A stretch of DNA of 63,830 nt, filler included, from Parasitella parasitica NRRL 2501 (Eukaryota > Fungi > Mucoromycota), in assembly GCA_025201805.1 (NCBI GenBank). It is 14 parts of 14 records of this genome, joined end to end, with 100 filler letters (N's around TTAATTAATTAA, not from the genome) between each part and the next. Parts side by side here need not be neighbours in the genome. Positions count along the whole stretch, not along the records: positions 11,322 to 16,773 come from MU619330.1; positions 16,874 to 19,228 come from MU619563.1; positions 19,329 to 20,688 come from MU619528.1; positions 20,789 to 40,888 come from MU619452.1; 10 more parts are not named here. One strand, written 5' to 3'. The notes below the pieces were generated by a model, which saw only the letters and a list, made by a program, of their open reading frames with translations, did not search any database and was not told the origin of the DNA. Below, piece after piece: positions 11,696-25,172 of this stretch. Position numbers and translations under genes: made by a program. The stretch's first letter is position 1; each line of letters begins with the position of its first letter.

Positions 11696-12477
11696 GTAAT
11701 GATGGTGGTAGATGTTATATCAACAACTTCATCTCATAGGTCTTTCTTCTATAATTTCATTGAGCAATATTATATCATCCTAATGTATATTTTAGATATT
11801 TAAATGCAATAAAAGACTTGTAATAATTCACAGCTTTCAACTGTATTCGAGCAATAAAAGATTTATATCATTTGTTAAGAAGATATAATAAATAGAGGAG
11901 GGTATCTATATCTTCAATTATTTACTACGAGTGAGATGGTAACTGTAATAAAAAATTTACAGTAGATAAATGTGATAGTATGTTGTCAGTTTCGATGAAC
12001 GAATAGAGAACAAACCGTGTCAGCCATGGCAATTGCTTTGATATGTTTCATTTTTGAGATTGATCGAAAAATATGAGCTGATATAATATATATCAAATAG
12101 TTTGTTTGCACCTTGACATTTGAATAAGTCCGCATATCTTGTTAATGTCATGGCAGCCGAGATATTACGATGTCTAGTGACAGTTGAAATAATATACTAA
12201 TATTATGTATTTGATACAATCATATATATAATATATTTGCATTAAACCTGGAAGCGTAGTGCTTGGGTAAAGTTGTAGCAGTGCGTATACAGCACATCAT
12301 TTTTTTTGTATCATTGAAACCAGCATTTCGAGATGAAAAAAAAATAAGGTTTTGCCTTTTTATCCGTATATGGCGTCTATTTTTGTTTACCATTTTGATC
12401 TGCCATAATTATAGACTGGAGAATAAAGTCCCTGTTTCAAATCAAGAGGTTATTCCTGTAAGTAACACAGATCTGAG

Positions 12478-12935
12478 TGTTGTATCCATATAAAGGCTAC
12501 ATATGTCATATCTAACTTAGTCATAATGCACGGATCATGATATTAATTGTTGGTAATTCTTTTACAAATAAGGAATAAACTACAAGTTGTAATTCGACCT
12601 CTTGCAAGGTTCCAGGCTTATTCAAAGAATACATCTAGATCAGATCGCGGGATGTCGGGAAGACATCCTACCCAATTTTCTCTTTAATGTAAAATAGAAA
12701 GATAGGTCTGTCCTGGAAATGCTGTGATTTAATAAGGTTTGACACTTCTTGTCAAACATCAAATGTTATGTGGATAAACATTGATTGGGATATATTTTAG
12801 TATAAATAGAGATCATATCTTATGTCAATAAAAGTCTTCAGTTTTGTATCTGGTTTTATTCAGAAAAGTCTTATTACTTTATACAAATCATATTTTACAT
12901 AACATTACGCTGCGCCCTTTGACACTGGCACAACA
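12478..12935 (+). repeat. Solo LTR family A (TGTTG...CAACA, 458 bp) with 5-bp TSD CTGAG
   Basis: CTGAG at 12473-12477 and 12936-12940; terminal inverted TGTTG/CAACA. Confidence 0.9.
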
Positions 12936-13098
12936 CTGAGCACCAGGATAAAGGTTAAGGCACTGTCAGATCAAAGACGTGTAGCCCTTGTTGTATAATT
13001 TTACATCGTACCCTGTCAAGTAAATTGTCACTATGAATTAGTCTTGTCAATTAGTAATCTAAATAAGTCACCATAAATTCATGTAGCTTTAAAAAGTA

Positions 13099-14619
13099 CG
13101 AGAGCTGTCTCCAACCCCCGAACTAAGGTGAAAAAAATTCGACCTTCGCTTTGCTACGGTAATTTTTGTTCCAATGGGGGTGCTCAGCTCACGCCTGCAG
13201 CGGGCTATCTCATTTAATACAAAGCTAGGTAAACAAAATAAACGAAATTCCATTCTACATGCGAAGTAAGTGTTACAGATTCTTTTTTTTTTAATACGAT
13301 TGTTGAAAAACTTCTCGGAAGACAACATTGTTGGTGAATTTGCCAACTTGCTCTTCTATTTCTGAGATTTCGGAAGGAATCATCAACTTCAATGATCCGG
13401 GTTTTCGAACACGGGACAAAGCTACATATAATTGACCATGATGACCGAAAATATGGCACGGCAAATACAAACCTATAGAGCTGATTTTTGGCCTTGTGCC
13501 TTGTTAATGGTCATGCCAAATGCTAATCTTATGGGAAATTTAACCCTTTGAAAGTCAACTGGGCATAACCCTTCAGTGGCCAAGATGATAAATTTGATTC
13601 TCGGAATCAGAGCTATATTATTTTTGTTTGGGCCAGTAGCAATGGTAGCTTTAATAACATTTGTTTTCAGCGATTTGACAATCAATCTTGTGCCATTGCA
13701 AATGCCAGGGGCAGGGCCAATATTTCGAATAACCATTATTGGGGAGCCAATTTTCAGATTGAGTTGATGGGGTGTCACCGAACCATTCTCTATGGTATTC
13801 TAATTCAAAATCTCCACTGGCATCTCCATCTGACATTCTTCATCTGAAGTGCGATCATGGCTAACATAGGATATTGTATGACCTGGAAGACATTGTAAGA
13901 GGAGATTGTTGATGATTTTGACATCTTTGTTCTTCGCAGTTAAGATAGCTCTTTCAACAAAATACTCAGGAAGCTGTAGTCTCCAAATTTGTAGGGTCCA
14001 CAATGGCGACATATGACAGGAGTCGTATACGTTGAGTTGGTAGCATTATTGAGGTAAGCATCCAAATTATTAGGGTTCCTACCACAATTCCAATGAGTGG
14101 ATCCGAAATGTCTTTCTCTACCACACAAAGGGCATGTGACAATCAATGGGGTATTTATTGAGTTCATCATGGCACACTCTCTGTGAGTGATTTGGCTATG
14201 GCCCTGTCTTCCACAAAATAAACAGACAATGACTAATCAACAGTGAAATTATATATATTTATTAAATACTCGCTATTCTATGGTATAAACGTACTCTATT
14301 CAGCTAGGTTGTTCCCGCTACTTGAGTTCTTCTTCTTTGACCTTCTCCTCCGCAAGATGAACGTCTAACAGCTACTACTCGATCTGATAATTAATTTTAG
14401 AAGCTCATAATAAGTATGATGTATCCTACTCTCTTCTACTGTTGTATTCGAACTGAGCATATCAAGATTTCTTAAAAGATCAGAAGTATATTTTCGGCCC
14501 TGAATGTTTATCCCGTAACTCGATAACTTTTAATTTAAGCAGTGATTTTTGCTTTTTAAACCCTGGGACTGTGAACTAACTTGCTAAAACTACCTAATCA
14601 TTTTACATAAGTCATACAG
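13099..14619 (-). mobile_element. Helitron remnant (PIF1-family helicase C-terminus plus N-terminal Zn knuckle)
   Basis: ERAILTAKNKDV..IN, PHQLNLKIGSPIM.IRN..GICNGTRL, IPRI, FPIRLAFGMTINKAQGQ. CPLCG..H....H.NC knuckle in ORF 13940-14170. Internally deleted. Confidence 0.8.
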
Positions 14620-14759
14620 TATAAACAGCAGATGCAATCTTGATCTTAAATAAAGTATCTTTAAGTGTTCGTATCTCGTTAACATTTTGTTTTTATTATC
14701 TTTTTTGATCCAACAGTTCTGTATTCCCTGAATATTTTGTGCCTGGATCATAATTTTGT

Positions 14760-16357
14760 TCTGGAGACACCATGTCCATACTTCTGTAGCCAGTTCCAGT
14801 AGAGGAAGAGAGCGGGTTCCACCATGCTTGCTGATGTAGGAGAGGCTGGTCGTGTTTTCAGTCCTGATGAAAACTGTGGAGTTCGGTGGAAGAGGAAAAG
14901 TCTTGAGAGCTAGTCGAGCTGCTTTGAGCTACCTCCAATTGATCGATTGAGTCGCTTCCTTTGATGTCCAGTATACCCGTGAGCCCGATGATGGTTCCAT
15001 GAGCGACCCCAATCCGTTTTGCTGGCGTCCACAAACATTGTTTGATTCGGAGTTGGAGGGAGTATCGAACGGCCATTCCACTTGCAAACGTTGCCGTACC
15101 ACTATTGCAGTTCCTTCAAACTCGCTTGATCAAGAGATCCAGGACGATTCCAATCCGGATCTGATTTCACTATTTGATTCTTATAATACAAAAGGTGGCG
15201 AATGTACAAGCGAGCTGGGAAGATTGCAAATTCTGCTGGTTGTATCCGCATTGTCAAGCTGTGTATGATCCGGGGTTTGTTCATTACCTGTTTGATCGAA
15301 CGCCGAATATCACTCAGTTTATTTGCCGGAAGTAGGGCTGTCATGGACTGGGTATTCAGTGCAAAGCCTAGATGTTCGAATTGTTGAGTGGGAGCGAGAA
15401 CTGATTTATTGAAGTTAATAATCCAGCCAAGGGCGGTTGTCCAGTACTAGTGCACCTGATTCCGCCATTTCAGGCGTAAGAAACATCGTGACTCTGGGTA
15501 GAAACCTATTTGTAGAAAGGCATCGGAAAGGTCAATGGACACTAGGTAATCGTTCGGTTTTATTATGAGTGACACTTCCCTGATGGTTTCCATTTTGAAT
15601 GGGAAGCTTCCAAGTATTGATTGAGGTTCTTGAGGTTGTCTACTGGACGGACGCCGCCATTCTTCTTCCGAAGAATGACAATAATTGAGCTGTAGAAGTC
15701 TGGCGTTTGCCGTACCAGCTGAGGAATCACCTTTTCGATTGCTGATTTGGCCAAGAGATCTTGTATAGCTTCATCGATAAGGGTAGCTTGTTCGACTGAG
15801 AATGGAGCGATTGATGCTGGTGTTGTATGAAAGGGAATGCGATAACTGTGTTGAACTGTGTTGATAACGAACGAATTGTTGATGATATCGGTCGATTGAT
15901 GAAAATGCTTGCTGAGTCAACCGCCTACTGGGTCGGCTGTTGTTGCTGTTGGTGTAGGTGTTGTGATTACTAACGAAAGGGATTGTCTTTCCTCCACCTG
16001 TTGTTGTTACTTTTGCTGCTGCGATTGCTGAAGGTGTTATTGTTGTTGTTGTTGAAACCACCCTGCTGCGAGGGTGGACCTGGCCAAAAAAACTGCTGAT
16101 CCGTAAAAGTCGAGAAAGGACCCAAGACTGAGAGTCCAAGACTGAGAGTTGCCATTGTTAGCATGGCGACGTTGACGTTTATTAATAGTCGCCTCACGAG
16201 TAGCCTTGCGCGCAGCCGTTTTCTGAAGCAATGCTTTCCGAAATTCAACAAGAGAAAGAGTGTATTTAATCTCATTACCTGATTTCAATGTAAAAGAAGG
16301 ATCGATAGCACGAAGAGCAATGTTGTCACGAGAATGCGTGATAGAGGCTCTTACATC
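14760..16357 (-). mobile_element. Degenerate DIRS-type retrotransposon (gag-like plus RT/RNase H fragments)
   Basis: AIEKV...FYSS.....KKNGG.RPV.NLK.LNQYL and SIDLSDAF RT motifs; upstream gag-like frame ending in an Asn-rich tract; overlapping frames; many indels. Confidence 0.7.
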
Positions 16358-16671
16358 ATGTTGATTTATCAGAATGAGAAATTATTCAAATAAAACGGTT
16401 GTGAATTAATCAGGTAAAGATCTCGTTTATTACATGGAAAAAGTGATGGTTTTTTATATACTAGTGAGTCTAATTGGACTGATGGGAGGATAAGATACAA
16501 GTGTGGGACATGGTGTGATTTAGAGAATGGAACGATAGATTGTATCTATTGTCCATGAATATGTCATGTTGAATTATAAATAAGGAACATGATCCACTGG
16601 GATATGTTCCTGAATTGTGTTCGGGATTGGGTTTACTTGAGTTTGACTTCCGATTGGGAAATTGACACATC
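16358..16671 (-). repeat. LTR family C copy
   Basis: Reverse complement of 8125-8432. Confidence 0.8.
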
Positions 16672-18049
16672 ACAGATCATCATAGTGAATGCATTGCAAA
16701 GTGCATAATATTTTTATTATTTTTGTTTTTCTCATAAAAATACGATTAATTTGGCTAAGTCAACACCAAAATTNNNNNNNNNNNNNNNNNNNNNNNNNNN
16801 NNNNNNNNNNNNNNNNNTTAATTAATTAANNNNNNNNNNNNNNNNNNNNNNNNNNNNNNNNNNNNNNNNNNNNACAGAGAACAAAGTTTCAAAAAGATTT
16901 TAATAATCACTCAAGCCAAAGTGTCATAATAGCTTTTGGAGAAACAAGCAGACAAATTTTAACGTAAAAAGACAAAATTGGCCCAAGCTTGTCAAATTTG
17001 AGCTTGAATACAACATGTTTATTACCAGTAGGTGTACCAAAGCGTGCTTTATTCCTTTACTTAGGAACTTGAACACGAGTTAATTGCAAAATTTTGTACT
17101 TGTTATAGGACCATATGCTGTAAAATTTGGAAAATCTGCAAAATTTGGTTTTTGGCGATATCTTGACAGCAAAGATAGATATCGAGAATCGGAAGTCGTA
17201 GTGAGGTACAGTTATCATACCAGTATTTGGATGTATACTTGGCTTGAACGCCAAAACCGTACCTAAAAATGACCCTGAAGGTTGGCCCAAAGTTGAAAAC
17301 TGAAAATCGAATATGAGGTTTGGGCTCCAAACATAGCAAAATCTGAAAAATGGCCATACGTACATAAAACTCGGATATGTTGTAAAATGCTGCAAAAAAA
17401 GAAGATTTTGGCTGAAGGATGTGTCTCTGTCGCTTAATAGTTTGTAAAGATTTCAGAGATTGTAGATTATGCTTTTAAGCGGGGGAAAAAGGTGATGGTC
17501 ATGATGAGGCGGCAATTATTTTAACCAAAACATAAAGCTACATAAAAATAGCTTTTCAAGTCATATTTTACAGCATCTTGGCTACTGATGTGTATTATAA
17601 GACATAACTATATTGTTTATGAAGTTCATGCTGTGCTCCTCAATTGAAATAGGTGCTTCACCGCTAAAAGCCTATATTCGCAGTGATAGATTCGAGCTCA
17701 GAATATGTCGCTATTGCAACTTGCGCTAATATCCCCAGAAATAAAAAAGTATATATTGATTTGAGTGACTAAGTTCGATCTGAAAATAAAGACGGTTTTA
17801 TAAACGAAATATATGAACCAACTTTTATAAACAATAGTATTTGTAGTGAAAGTATAATATAAGCGAATTATTGCTGTTGGTAGTAAATTGCTGAGATGTT
17901 AATGTGGTATGGAAAAGGTGGACTGGATGATCAGAGTGGGGTAGTAGTATTTATATTTTATTTATGGGCGATCTTGTAACACGCTCTTTTGGCGGGATTA
18001 TTGTATTCTGAGGCTTGCCTCAGAACAATATAACAATGCGTATTTCTGG

Positions 18050-18567
18050 GTTTATCAAAATGAGGAATTATTCAAATAACACGGTTGTGAATTAAAATCA
18101 GGTAAAGATCTCGTTTATTGCATGGATAAATGATGGTTTATATACTAGTGTATAGAACCCAAGTGGACTGATGGGTGGATAAGATACAAGTGTGAGACAT
18201 GGTGTGATTTAAAGAGTGGAATGATGATAGATTGTATCTATTGTCCATGAAAATGTCATGTTGAGTTATAAATAAGGAACATGATCTATTGGGATATGTT
18301 CCTTAATTGTGTGTTCAAGATTGAGTTTACTTGAGTTTGACTTCCGGTTGCGGGAAATTGATATATCAGGATGTCTTCCCGACATTTCGCGATCTGATCT
18401 AGATGTATTCTTTGAATAAGCCTGGAAACTTGCAAGAGGTCCAATTACAACTTGTAGCTTATTTCTTATTTGTAAAATAATTACCAACAACAATTAATAT
18501 CATGCTCCGTGCATTATGACTAAGTTAGATATGACATACTGTATGTAGCCCTTATATGGATACAACA
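18050..18567 (-). repeat. Fused LTR family C (18050-18368) and LTR family A 5' part (18369-18567)
   Basis: Reverse-complement similarity to 8125-8432 and 12478-12670. Confidence 0.75.
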
Positions 18568-19328
18568 CTAATAACGTATATAGAATATAGTTCGATACAG
18601 AATTTAAAGTCTGACAAAAAAAATTTAACTAAAATATGCAAGGTAATATTTATTATTTTGGAGATATTAGCGCAAGAAGTTGCAATGGCAACATATTTCT
18701 GAGCTCGAATTTATCATTGTGAATATAAGTATAATGAAATGGTGTTATGCGCAGAAGTTATATAAATATGATCTGCTCAAAAAATGTATAACTTTATAAA
18801 ATAAAATCAGACACAAAAAATTAATGACTTTATTGATAAGAAAATGCCATCTTTTTATACTAGATTATATCTATTGTAACAATATTTGTTATCATGGTTA
18901 AACATTGAACTTGGTATTTAATACCAAGTTGTTTATTACATGTTCTACTGTACATTAATAGCTTATTCCTTGTCATTGTATACAAAGAATTACCCATCTA
19001 ATAATTGCTTAATCTGATGCCTTTCTGGCACAACAAATGGCACCTATTATATGGCACCACAATTACATTAAAATAAAATCCAGATGGATCATGGCTACTC
19101 CATCCAAGAAAGAAATACATGAAAAGCACAACGAGTAAACAGTAACAAGTGTTGGTAGAAGCTTGGACTCCTGATCAAAGTACAATCTCCTACAACCCTG
19201 GCACATGCTAATTGTTGTATCCATATAANNNNNNNNNNNNNNNNNNNNNNNNNNNNNNNNNNNNNNNNNNNNTTAATTAATTAANNNNNNNNNNNNNNNN
19301 NNNNNNNNNNNNNNNNNNNNNNNNNNNN

Positions 19329-19370
<42 letters not shown>

Positions 19371-20041
19371 CGCTCAGCTGGTTTTTCAATGATTGACTTT
19401 CTAGGTTCTACAGCAGTTGGTCTTTGCTGAGTAATGGGCGATGCTAGTGCAGGCATTGGAGGTGATACATTGGCTCTCTTGGGTGTTGGTATATCTTGGT
19501 TAATGGTTGTTGCACTTTTGATGGATGATGATGATGATAAAGTTGGTTTGGAAGGCTTTCTTGTGCGATGCCCACCGCCAAACAAATCATCTTCGTCTTC
19601 CAGATCGTATTTCGTGTCCCTCAGCGCAGGAGAGTGTATAGTGTGCTTCCTACCAGTAGGAGTGCCTAGTTTAGATACATCGATATTTCCAAAAATGCTG
19701 CTGCTGGGGCTCTTGGTAGCATTGGTTGCGATAGCTCCACCACGACGAGGTGATAGAGGAGTGCTACTACTAGTGTCCGTAGGACGCGAGAGTGGATCAT
19801 CGGGGATGGGCGAATTGGTTCGACTACTTTGGCTTTGAGGCTTGCTTTTCATAATGGGAGAAAATAGTGGATCATCTAAAGTGGCGCTAAGAGGATCTGT
19901 AAAAAGCTGTTACTCATTTGCAGGTATTGGGAATCGTCGAATTGAGAAAAACCTCCACAAGCGAGGGGTTCTCAATTAAACTTACGTACCATCGCCAAAT
20001 AAATGGCCATGCTTAACTCTTTGCTTCGACTTGAATGACAT
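19329..20041 (-). CDS. Hypothetical protein, 5' part (exons 20041-19990, 19896-gap); Ser/Pro-rich with polyQ
   Basis: ATG at 20041 gives MSFKSKQRVKHGHLFGD; GTACGT...TTTACAG intron; then DPLSATLDDPLF..., DDLFG motifs. A (CAA)n polyQ runs into the gap. Confidence 0.7.
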
Positions 20042-21366
20042 TTGATTTATCGACTTTTCTGGCTAAAAATGCAGAAGGATATCGAAAGAAAGGGAGAGAA
20101 AAGAGAAAAGAGAAAAGGAAAAGGAAAAGGAAAAAAAAAGAGAGCTCGAGCTTTATTTGTACATTCAGCTTTGCAAATGGCAGGCGATTACGGCACTCCA
20201 AAACTATCAATGTGTTGAGGGGCTCACACGTGTTTCATTAAACTTTGAACAATGCAAACAACTTGAGATGTACTGGTAGGACTATTGATAGGTACAAGAT
20301 TCCCGGGTGGCTAGAATTCGCCATTGTATACTCTCTTCAGCACGCAGCCGACATCGTGGAGAATATGTGCTATTATATAGAGATAAAAAGGAGCTTCACA
20401 ACTGTTGTTAATTGGCATGTGTGGCATGTTTGTGTATTTATAGCTTTCTTTCATTGTAAATGAATGAACAATGAGAACTTTGAATTAGCAAGACATCAAA
20501 ATATTCTCATATAATTAACCGGATCGGGGGTGGTGATTCAGTAAATACATACTACTTGCATTCTTCTCGACATCTATTCTTTCACGGAAATTGCAGAAAC
20601 AACTGTATACTGTAGTAAGGTTATAACGGACGTTAGTCATCAATAGAAATATGTAACCCAATTTTTTTTTTTTTTTTGACTTGTGGCCNNNNNNNNNNNN
20701 NNNNNNNNNNNNNNNNNNNNNNNNNNNNNNNNTTAATTAATTAANNNNNNNNNNNNNNNNNNNNNNNNNNNNNNNNNNNNNNNNNNNNAGTTAGAAACAA
20801 AAAATCATTAGATTACCTTTCAAAAAATAGTGATTTAATTTTTACATTACTCTAAATAAAAAAAGTCTTTTACACAATATATTAGTTTTTTTTGTGATGT
20901 ATAAAGTTATAGTTATATAGCAAAATATTTGAGGCATCATATATCATCTGCTATATAAACTAATAAATTTATTACAGGTTTCCCAACCTTCAAATAAGTC
21001 GACTTATTGAAGTTTCCTCTTGAATAAGTTCAATTAATTGCCTGCGGGATATGAAATCAGAGGTTTCCTTTTGGTCTCCTCAGGTTTCCCGACCCACATA
21101 TAAATAGATATATCTCAAAATAGACAATATTTAAACATACAAATATAAACGAAAATTTTTAAAATAAGTAATATTCCAATGTCTTTTTTCTATAAAAATG
21201 ATAAGAGAGCAAACAGTTGGGATGAATTTGTGTTTGTAAAATGAATTAGAAAAAAAAAGGGGCTCTTATACCGTGTATTCGATATAAAAAAATATGTATA
21301 GTTGTAAATTATAGCACTAATAATTGATTTTGATGGGAAAAATGAAGTGATTTTGTTTTTTTTTGT

Positions 21367-22782
21367 TTATACAGCAACCAAAAGTAACCCAAAAAGTGCA
21401 GCAATGAAAAGTGGACCATTATAAAAGTTAGTGTAAGGTGTAACTGAATTACCCGAGCTAGGAGCGCTGGAGGCACCAGGGATGACACCCGAACCTGTAG
21501 CTGTACCGGCATTGCTATTTACACTTGCATCAAAACTAGGGAAAGTAATCACCTTTTCGAGGTAAGGATGAGCAATGTTCATACAGGTAGCAACGTCAGC
21601 GACATGCTTGTAGTTCTTTTTGATATCAGGGTAGTGGTTGACAAAGAAGTCCATAGTCATGTTGTTAATCTCATGAGAGAGGACAATGTTACCAGAGTCT
21701 TTGTAGGTGCCATTACTACCCATCTGAATAAAGTCCTTGTATCTTTGGTTGACAGTATCTGCAGTGATGCCAGGAGTTGAGCCAGCAGCCCAATCATCAG
21801 TATCAAGGTTCCAGAGAATAGCGGTCATGTTCAATTGAGAAGCAATCCAACGAACACGATCATCAAGATCACCAAGAGCCTGTTCATAATACTATTAGAT
21901 GTGGATAAAGATATACAAGAAAAAATACTTACAGGACGCCAGTGCAGGGGAGTTACACCTGTAACATACTTGATTGCCTTTGCCGTATAGTAGAGTTCAG
22001 CAAGGACTTCTTGATTACTCAAAGTTGTCATCATCCTGTGAGACCATGTATGGCCACAAAGATGGTGCCCATCCTTGAGACCACGAAGAGCACCAAAGGG
22101 CCAGTTGAGGACATTGGAGCCGATATAGAACATGGAAGCTCTTTGCTTGTTGGTTTCAAGGTAATCATAGAATGCATTGTGAGAACAGTTTGGCCCATCG
22201 TCAAATGTCTAAATGAGAATATGCAAGGAGATTTGGTAGGAGTAATTATAAAAAAAATTAAGGAGTAAATCGAGATTATTAATAAAGATGAGCAAAATAA
22301 TAAATGGCTGTATAATCAATACTTACGAGACCCCATGTTTCTGGCTCAGGACAAGCATAGATATCAGGATTAACACCATTAGCCTTTGGTTTAACACATT
22401 GAGAAGCGGACCACCAACAGTCTGGGTCATTCACAGTATCATAGCCAGTCAAGTCGAGACCTCCTGCAGCAGTAAGTTTACGAACTGGAGCAGTAGGGAC
22501 TTTGGTCCAGTCGATAGCGTTGTACACACTCATAAATTCAGCAGAAGTGTTCATGTTGTTGCTAGTAGCAATGTCCCAGACAGTAGGCCATTGGGTCTTG
22601 TCAATAGTGAAGTTGGATTGATAGTATTGACATTCTGTTGCTACATCGTGAGATGTTGTTTGTGGAATACTAGGGATGGTGAAATGAGTGGGATCTGTCT
22701 TTGAGGGAAACTTGGATAGATCGACAGCAGCAAACGCAGCTGAGCTTGCCAATGATACAATAAGTGCTTGATATTTCCACAT
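21367..22782 (-). CDS. Chitin deacetylase (CE4/NodB polysaccharide deacetylase), secreted, probably GPI-anchored; exons 22782-22327, 22208-21933, 21879-21367
   Basis: Signal peptide MWKYQALIVSLA; WGLTFDDGP, HTWSH, WRP.LGD, LWNLDTDDW and IVLSHE motifs; hydrophobic C-terminal GPI-like signal. Confidence 0.93.
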
Positions 22783-24772
22783 TTTTATATAATGAAATAG
22801 AAAGGAAGAGGATGAAAAATGCAAATAAATAAAATGCGATCGTTTTATACTAGTTTGGATTCGGGGAGCTTTCTTTGTGTCTTGGTTCCAGGGGATCTAC
22901 AAAGAACCTAAACTAGTAATAAAAAAAAACTGCTTAAAATTGAATCTTCTAAAATTAGATAATATACGCAAATGTGAATGTAATAATTTAAACCCTTGAA
23001 CATACTTGATCTCTCAAGTTTCATGATCATGCTCTGAAAATCAATCGATACAAGTCCCTCCTTGACTTGTGCTTCTGTCTGTTTTTGCTGTTGTTTCGCT
23101 CAATCAGCTAGGCTATACAGTCTCCACAGTTAATTGTTTATTTCAAACTAAATAAAGAAATAGTCTTGCGTAACTAACGGAAACAGAAAAGCCTTCTCAG
23201 CCAGCTAAAATTATCTTTATTATGAGTAATAAATTATAGCAAATAAATTGCTGTTCTAGTTCATTATTATTAGTACCGGTAAAGCAGCAGTAATTTGTGA
23301 ACATAGCGATTGAAAACGATGCTATATTTTTATATATATTTAGAAAATCAACATCTGATGTGCATACCATTCATTTTTTGCACTTGTTTTTTTTTTTTTT
23401 GCCACGAGGATTTTCGACAAAGGAGAGAAGAGGGGCTTTGTCACACTACTTGATTCAATGGAACAAATTATCACTGAATCAACCAACACTGAATTTTTCC
23501 AGATGAATAGATATCTAGAAAAAAAAACATTCACAAGTATATATATTTCATACGAACACATAGCGTGATGTCAATTATTAACTAGTATTACCCAACTCTA
23601 TTAGTATTGAGATACAGTTACTGCTGCTATCTGGTAATTTCTATTGTCAGAAAAAAAATGATATCATCCAAAATTATGTGCGAAACATATCCATTTTTGA
23701 ATATTACAGCCAGAATGAGGCGTAAAAAAATAAGTGGAGAGGATTGTGTCCAATTTTGTCATTACCAAAGGCTTTTTATTATTGTTCTCAAGGTAAAAAG
23801 TGTTGGCGAGTCTGCGTGTACTGCCACACATTGAAGTCAACAGGATCAAATGACAGTCTTTTTGGTTGGACAACTTGGGATCAACAAGAGCAAAAATGTA
23901 ACGGAAAAATGATGTACTTGTAAGTTTTGATAATTGTTTTATAGTAGAACTATCTTTAGAGCATGTGTAACGTTAATTTCCAACATTAGCATGGCTTGAC
24001 CCAATGTAAATATTTGACATAGATCATTCACATCGATTTCCGCTATCTACAATATGGCCGATTTCTTTGTGGAAATAGAATTCTTAGCCAGACCCTATTT
24101 CTAAGTATATAGTCTTGGCATTATAGGATCTTGCTGCAGATATCCCGGGTTCATGGCACAGCTCTTCTTTACTCGGTAATTTAACGGCGATTGCGTATGT
24201 TTTTGTCACATCTTTGGTTAGGTATAACTATTTATATCAATTAAGTCAGAAAACCTTTTAGCTCTAGTGGATCTAGCATAGCTGTACTATAACGGCCAAG
24301 ACATTCACCGAAAAACATCGGATGTGACCTACTTGCGTCCTTTGCCCATTCAAGCAGACTCTTTTTTTAAGGAGTGTGATGCCTTTTCTTCAAGATAACA
24401 GTATAAAACATTGCTATCACGCATATAAATAGACAGATGCACCCAATTATGAAAGCGACTTTCTTTTGATTGTTTATAATCCATCCAAAGTTCATTCCAT
24501 TGGACAAATGCGATTTTCATTGTGCCTTGTTACTGGAAAGCGAAGTACTTCTGGCTTGCTAAAACAGGATAAAGGCGTTCTTTTCACTGAGGAGGCTAAC
24601 ACCACATTTACTCCCTTTGTGTATACACAGGAGTGTGTATACACTCATCTTATAGTACAGAATTTGAAGCATAAACAAGGAATGTGTATAATGCTAATAT
24701 ATTAACTTCAAAGTTTCTGTTATTCTAATCGTGTTTGCTCGGTTATTTTGGATTTGAACAGTGAATTGGAAA

Positions 24773-25172
24773 TGTTGTGTAAATGTTTTATGAAAAGAAG
24801 TTAATAAGAATTTCTCGGAATAAAACCAGATACAAAAATGAAGATTTTTATTGATATTAGATATGACTTATCCACATCACATCTGATGTTTGACAGGGAG
24901 TGTCAAACATTATTAAATTACAGCATTTCCAGGAACAGACATCTTCTCTTTAATGTAGAATAGAAGAATAGGTGAGCAGGATGCCTCCCAGACACCTCAC
25001 AATCTGATCTTGATGTAGTCTTTGTAGAATAAGCCAAGAACCTTGCAAGAGGTTTAATAACAACTTGTAGCCTATTCCTTATTTGTAAAAGAATTACAAT
25101 CAATTAAATATCATAATCCGTACTTTAAGACTATCTTAGATATGACATATGTAGCCTTTACGTGAATACAAC
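24773..25172 (-). repeat. Diverged LTR family A copy
   Basis: Reverse-complement similarity to 12478-12905. Confidence 0.7.

Larger units (their letters stand above)
12397..14715 (+). repeat. LTR family B copy interrupted by solo LTR A and a Helitron remnant
   Basis: Starts TGATCTGCCATAAT, continues 12936-13098, resumes ~14620 and ends GATCCAACA, collinear with 1432-1935. Confidence 0.7.

Noticed and set aside
16874-17436. Possible TTAA-flanked transposon end
   Set aside because: No partner terminus or coding evidence in the window.
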